Positions 59,585 through 64,000 of a stretch of DNA of 64,000 nt are shown here, piece by piece (the first letter of the stretch is position 1; the number at the start of each line of letters is the position of its first letter). Below the pieces are notes generated by a model. That model was not told where the DNA came from, did no database searches, and was given only the letters and a program-made list of their open reading frames with translations. The position numbers and the translations under genes were made by a program. This DNA is from Nanobdellota archaeon. Its GTDB lineage: Archaea > Nanobdellota > Nanobdellia > Pacearchaeales > GW2011-AR1. The DNA is taken from NCBI GenBank assembly GCA_038045825.1, contig JBBSXJ010000004.1, positions 95,301-159,300 of the forward strand. Reading direction: 5' to 3'.

Positions 59585-59603
59585 ATTATACTTTAAGTAT
59601 AAT
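59585..59603. promoter_or_regulatory. Palindromic operator upstream of vapBC
   Basis: ATTATACTT-T-AAGTATAAT perfect 9-bp IR abutting the start codon. Confidence 0.6.
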
Positions 59604-59696
59604 AAAATATAACTTAATGTTATATATAAATGTTTTGAATGGTCTAGACTTACATATATTGGGTAGTGGTTTTAGACAGTTTCAGTCAATTTATTT

Positions 59697-62066
59697 TCAT
59701 TCTAAATTATGGCAAGCTATTAGATCTTTCTCAAATTCTTTTAATGATTGAGGTATTTTTATTCCACTTATAGATTCCTTTAGTGAAATACTTTGTTCTT
59801 TCTTTTGTTTCCAGACTTCACTATTGAAGGCCATTATTTGTTCTATTAATTTTATCGGATTTTCTTTTTTCTTTATTTTTGGAAATTCTTCTTTATGTAG
59901 TTGCAGTCCTAACTCATTTCCTATAACTGATGTTATTTGAGGGATTATTGGGTAAAGAAGAGTTATCATTCTTTCCAACAAATAATGTAATGTATATTTT
60001 GCCGACTCACTTTCTTCTTTGCTGAAATTGTTTGATTCATTATAGGTTCTACTTTTTATCATTTCAGCATAATGTGATGCAAAAATATCCCAAAGGAATC
60101 TTCTTAATATTTCTGCAGGTTTATGGAAATCGTATTCTTCATAGTTTTTATCTATATTTACTGTTTCTGCGTCGATATAATCAATGAATAGTTTATCTAA
60201 TTGAGTTATTTTTATTTTACTTGGCTTTTTGAATTGAGTTACGAACCTTGCAAGATTTAGTAGTTTGTTTATTGTTTTTGTTTCTGCTCCTATTCTATCC
60301 ATAGAACACTTTAAGTCTTGTTCTGCTAGGTTTCCTTCTAATGCTGCCCAGAATCTAAACGATTCTGATCCATGCAATTTTATTATTTCTTTTGGATCAA
60401 TCACATTACCTACAGACTTTGACATTTTTCTTCCTTGAGCATCTACAATATGTTGATGTATCCAGACATTCTCAAAAGGAACTTTACCTGTTTCTAAATA
60501 GCCTCTTAGTAAGGTGTAGTATAACCATGTTCTAACTATTTCTTTTCCTTGGGGTCTTAATGAAATAGGGTAGGCTTTCTTTGCAAATGCAGATGGGTAT
60601 TGTATTATGTTTAGCTCTGAAATTGAAGAATCAAACCATGTGTCAAATACTTTTTCTTCTCCTTTCCATACATTATCTTTGAAATTAGATACTTTTCCTA
60701 TTACTTTTCCATTATCTATAACTGTTGCATCTTTTGGGACATTCTCTTTTATTGGTTCATAGTATTTTCCTTTTGAAGGGATTGCCATTAAATGTCCTGA
60801 GCGCCATATTGGTATTGGAGTTGCATAAAATCTTCTTCTTGAAATTGGCCAGTCTATAGATATTGAGTCAATCCACTTTGTTAAAATTTCTTTTGAGTTT
60901 TCTGGGTAGAAATTGATTTTACTTAATTCTTTTTTTAATTTTGAAAGGAAATCTAATTGTTTAAGATAATATTCAGGCATTTGAATAAATTCTATCTCTG
61001 CTCCTGATCTTTCTGAGACTGGAGTTCTATGTACTATATTCTCTTGTTTTATGATTAGATTTTGTTTTTGTAAATCTTCTATTATTCTTTCTCTTGCTTC
61101 TTTTATTTTTAATCCTTGATATGGTCTTGCTATTTCATTCATTCTGCCTTCTTTTGTTATTGCTATTTTTGGTTTAATTTTCATTTCTCTAAAGAATTGA
61201 ATATCTGTTACATCTCCAGCTGAACACATCATCACTAAACCAGTTCCTTTATCTATTTGAGCAAATGGGTGTTCTTGTATTGGAACTATATGATTGAATA
61301 TAGGAACTATAGCTTTTTTCCCATTAAGATGTTTATATCTTTTATCCTCTGGGTTGTAGATAACCATTGCGCAAGTAGATAATAATTCAGGTCTTGTTGT
61401 TGCAATTAGTATTTTTTCTTTAGAGTCTTCTAATTTCCACTCTATATGGCTAAATTTTGATGGAATTTCTTTATAGTCTATTTCTGAATCTGCTACAGTT
61501 GTTTGAAGTTTAGTATCCCAATTGTTTATTCTTTCATCTTCATAGACTAGACCTTTAAGACATAAATCAATGAATGTATCTTGAGTTGTTTGTCTATATT
61601 CTGGAGAATCTGTTAAATATATTTCTCCTAATTTATTTCCTTTCTTATATGATGAATATGAATGTCCTAATCTTGCAAATGATTCTATTGACTCTTCTGA
61701 TGCAGATTCTAGAAGTTTCTTACACGCTTCAATAAATTCTTCTTTAGTTACTTTGAAAGGGGATATATTGAATTTCTTTTCTGCTGCCAATTCTATTGGA
61801 AGGCCATTTCTATCAAGACCTAAAGGGAATAGAACTTCAAAACCTTTCATTCTTTTATATCTAGCAAAGAAGTCCATGTAAGTATAAGTTGTTGCGTGAC
61901 CTATATGTACAGGGGTGTTAACATATGGAGGAGGAGTATCTATTGAATATATTTTCTTTTTAGTATTTGGGTTGAAAGCAAATATGTCTCTATTTTTCCA
62001 TTCTTTAGTTATTTTGTCTTCTATTTCTATATTCCAGGATTTTATCTCTGATAGTTTAGGTTCCAT
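59697..62066 (-). CDS. valS: Valyl-tRNA synthetase, archaeal type
   Basis: SIDTPPP, HIGH, ATTRPE, DWPISRRR, KMSKS. Confidence 0.93.
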   Translation of the reverse strand: MEPKLSEIKSWNIEIEDKITKEWKNRDIFAFNPNTKKKIYSIDTPPPYVNTPVHIGHATTYTYMDFFARYKRMKGFEVLFPLGLDRNGLPIELAAEKKFNISPFKVTKEEFIEACKKLLESASEESIESFARLGHSYSSYKKGNKLGEIYLTDSPEYRQTTQDTFIDLCLKGLVYEDERINNWDTKLQTTVADSEIDYKEIPSKFSHIEWKLEDSKEKILIATTRPELLSTCAMVIYNPEDKRYKHLNGKKAIVPIFNHIVPIQEHPFAQIDKGTGLVMMCSAGDVTDIQFFREMKIKPKIAITKEGRMNEIARPYQGLKIKEARERIIEDLQKQNLIIKQENIVHRTPVSERSGAEIEFIQMPEYYLKQLDFLSKLKKELSKINFYPENSKEILTKWIDSISIDWPISRRRFYATPIPIWRSGHLMAIPSKGKYYEPIKENVPKDATVIDNGKVIGKVSNFKDNVWKGEEKVFDTWFDSSISELNIIQYPSAFAKKAYPISLRPQGKEIVRTWLYYTLLRGYLETGKVPFENVWIHQHIVDAQGRKMSKSVGNVIDPKEIIKLHGSESFRFWAALEGNLAEQDLKCSMDRIGAETKTINKLLNLARFVTQFKKPSKIKITQLDKLFIDYIDAETVNIDKNYEEYDFHKPAEILRRFLWDIFASHYAEMIKSRTYNESNNFSKEESESAKYTLHYLLERMITLLYPIIPQITSVIGNELGLQLHKEEFPKIKKKENPIKLIEQIMAFNSEVWKQKKEQSISLKESISGIKIPQSLKEFEKDLIACHNLE

Positions 62067-62115
62067 ACTTATGGACAGGAGAAACCTATTTTAAGACTTT
62101 TCTTTTCTGTTATAT

Positions 62116-62727
62116 ATGGAATTAAAGAGAGCTTTAAGACAACTTTCTGAGCTAAAAAGGCTTGGAGGGAATATGAGACTTGCTGCTGAAGCATGGGGGG
62201 CTGAATGGAAATGTCTTATTGCAACTATTATGTCTGCTCAGTCTAGAGATGAGACTACTATTCCTATTGCGGAAGATCTTTTCTCTAAATATGATTCTCT
62301 TGATAAATTGTCTAAAGCTTCTTATAGTGATGTTTTACAAATATTTAGAAGTTTGAACCTCAATAAAGGCAAGGCTAAGAATGTTATTGCTTGTGCATCT
62401 GAGTTAATTGAAAAATATAATGGTAAAATTCCTCACGATTTGGATAAGTTAATTGAGCTTTCCGGAGTGGGTAGAAAGACTGCAAATGTGTTTTTGTCTG
62501 AACATGGCAAGGAAGGTCTTGCTGTAGATACTCATGTTTATCAGATTGCTCGTAAATTACATTGGAGTAATAGTAAGAACCATCATATTGTTGAAAGAGA
62601 TTTGAAAAAACTATTTCCTTCTAAATATTGGTCTGAGGTTAATCCTACTCTTGTTAAGTTTGGGAAGAAATATACTTCTCGAAAGAAAAAGAATGAACTT
62701 CTTGATGAAATTGGAGATATAAAATGA
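62116..62727 (+). CDS. nth: Endonuclease III (HhH-GPD glycosylase) lacking the Fe-S motif
   Basis: LIATIMSAQ, LSGVGRKTANV, AVDTHV; no C-terminal Cys cluster. Confidence 0.88.
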   Translation: MELKRALRQLSELKRLGGNMRLAAEAWGAEWKCLIATIMSAQSRDETTIPIAEDLFSKYDSLDKLSKASYSDVLQIFRSLNLNKGKAKNVIACASELIEKYNGKIPHDLDKLIELSGVGRKTANVFLSEHGKEGLAVDTHVYQIARKLHWSNSKNHHIVERDLKKLFPSKYWSEVNPTLVKFGKKYTSRKKKNELLDEIGDIK

Positions 62728-63269
62728 TTTTTATGACTATTTTTTGGATTTTATTTGTTATTATTCTTTTATTTGAACTACGAATACTATTTAGGAATAA
62801 AAGAAGTTCTTATGATAAAGGTTCATTGCAATTATTCACAATCATTGGATACGGGTTAATAATCTTTATTTTCCTACTTCATTATTTAGATATAGGCTCT
62901 TTTAATATAGTTTTTTTATCTTATTTTGGTTTGCTAATTTTACTATCAGGATTTGTACTCCGTCAATGGAGCATTCATGTGTTAGGATCATTTTTTATTC
63001 CAGTAGTTAATATACAGAAAAAGCAGATAGTTATTAATAAAGGTCCATATCGTCATTTGAGACATCCTTCTTACACAGGATTGTTTTTTGAATTATTTGG
63101 ACTTTCTTTTGTTTTGCTAAACTGGGCAGGTCTAATTGCAATATTTGCTTTGTTTCTACCAGTCATTTTATATAGAATTAAACTCGAAGAAGAATTTCTT
63201 TCTAAAAACTTAAAAGGCTATAAAGAATATATGAAAAAAACTTGGAAGATAATTCCATTTGTTTACTAA
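62724..63269 (+). CDS. Isoprenylcysteine carboxyl methyltransferase (ICMT/Ste14)-family membrane protein
   Basis: GPYRHLRHPSYTG, RIKLEEEFL, Y.EYMKKT...IP. Confidence 0.88.
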   Translation: MIFMTIFWILFVIILLFELRILFRNKRSSYDKGSLQLFTIIGYGLIIFIFLLHYLDIGSFNIVFLSYFGLLILLSGFVLRQWSIHVLGSFFIPVVNIQKKQIVINKGPYRHLRHPSYTGLFFELFGLSFVLLNWAGLIAIFALFLPVILYRIKLEEEFLSKNLKGYKEYMKKTWKIIPFVY

Positions 63270-63307
63270 AACCATTAGATTTTTAATTGAAGACTATTAG
63301 AGTTGTT

Positions 63308-63949
63308 ATGATTAAAGGAATTATTTTTGACAAAGACGGAGTTTTATTTGATTCTGAACCTGTTTATGCTAAGATAATTATTGATAGTCTAAGAAAGTTT
63401 GGACATGAATTTACAGAAGAACAATATTTTGAACATTGGACTCGTAATGGCGGAAACATGGAAGAATTTTTTCATATTAATAATATTAAGATAGATACAA
63501 CTGAATTTAGAAGAATGATTGATAAATCTCTTAATAATGAGTTTAGAACAAATTTGTCAATAATAAAAGGTGTTCCTGAAGCATTAGAGGTTCTTAACAA
63601 ATTATATCCTCTGGCTTTGGCTACAGCTTCTGATAGATTATCTACTGATTTGAAACTTGGACTTTCTGGGTTTGGTAAATTTTTTAAACATATTGTCACT
63701 AAGGAAGATGTTGTAAAACGTAAACCTGATCCTGAATGCTTTTTACTAGCTGCTAAGAAATTGGAAATTAAACCTTCAAATTTAGTGGTTATAGAGGATG
63801 CTGAAAAAGGAGTAATTGCAGCACATAGAGCTGGAATGAAATGTGTTGCAATACCTACAAGACATACAGTCAATCATGATTTTTCACTGGCCCAGCATGT
63901 TCTTAAAGATATTAATCAACTTACGCCTTCTTTGATTAAGGCTTTATGA
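63308..63949 (+). CDS. HAD-family phosphatase (beta-PGM/CbbY-like)
   Basis: IIFDKDGVLFDSE, KPDP, VIEDAEKG..AA..AGM. Confidence 0.9.
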   Translation: MIKGIIFDKDGVLFDSEPVYAKIIIDSLRKFGHEFTEEQYFEHWTRNGGNMEEFFHINNIKIDTTEFRRMIDKSLNNEFRTNLSIIKGVPEALEVLNKLYPLALATASDRLSTDLKLGLSGFGKFFKHIVTKEDVVKRKPDPECFLLAAKKLEIKPSNLVVIEDAEKGVIAAHRAGMKCVAIPTRHTVNHDFSLAQHVLKDINQLTPSLIKAL

Positions 63950-64000
63950 GAAGATTTTTATACTGAAATTTATACTGATAAACATGGCTCAACAACAAAA

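Noticed and set aside
259..63873. Many 60-135 aa ORFs antisense or out-of-frame within longer genes (e.g. 2116-2484, 17778-18182, 55305-55664, 63472-63873)
   Set aside because: Shadow ORFs of well-supported genes with no recognisable motifs
1..64000. CRISPR array, rRNA, integrase/transposase, reverse transcriptase or DGR
   Set aside because: No regularly spaced repeats, rRNA-like tracts or diagnostic catalytic motifs seen; differences between surface-protein repeats are not adenine-specific
63984..64000. Start of a further ORF (MAQQQ...)
   Set aside because: Truncated by the window edge; too short to assign

Overview
Gene-dense, AT-rich archaeal chromosomal segment. The archaeal informational genes (MCM with intein, aRF1, aIF-1A, aIF-2beta, Dim2/KRR1-like, RPA, deoxyhypusine synthase, GatDE, GatCAB, archaeal-type AspRS/ProRS/ValRS), scattered mostly monocistronic organisation and several bacterial-type genes (mnmA, fabH-like, tag) suggest a DPANN archaeon such as Pacearchaeota or Woesearchaeota (inference). 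It has two tRNAs (Arg-TCG; Asn-GTT with a 23-nt intron), four VapBC pairs and a convergent RHH/RelE pair. Three giant (~1,400 aa) membrane-anchored surface proteins are pairwise mosaics of shared modules. Features the ORF track misses: (1) a ~170-nt multi-hairpin element bounded by a perfect 12-bp inverted repeat; (2) an orphan, divergent second copy of the gatD 3' end; (3) a relic of a fourth surface-protein C-terminus; (4) a back-to-back HIT/CBS deletion scar; (5) a CC1-like small chromatin protein; (6) a 25-aa protamine-like ORF. A free-standing LAGLIDADG ORF reads antisense through tRNA-Asn and stops inside its intron. All calls rest on motif recognition by eye; no database searches were run.
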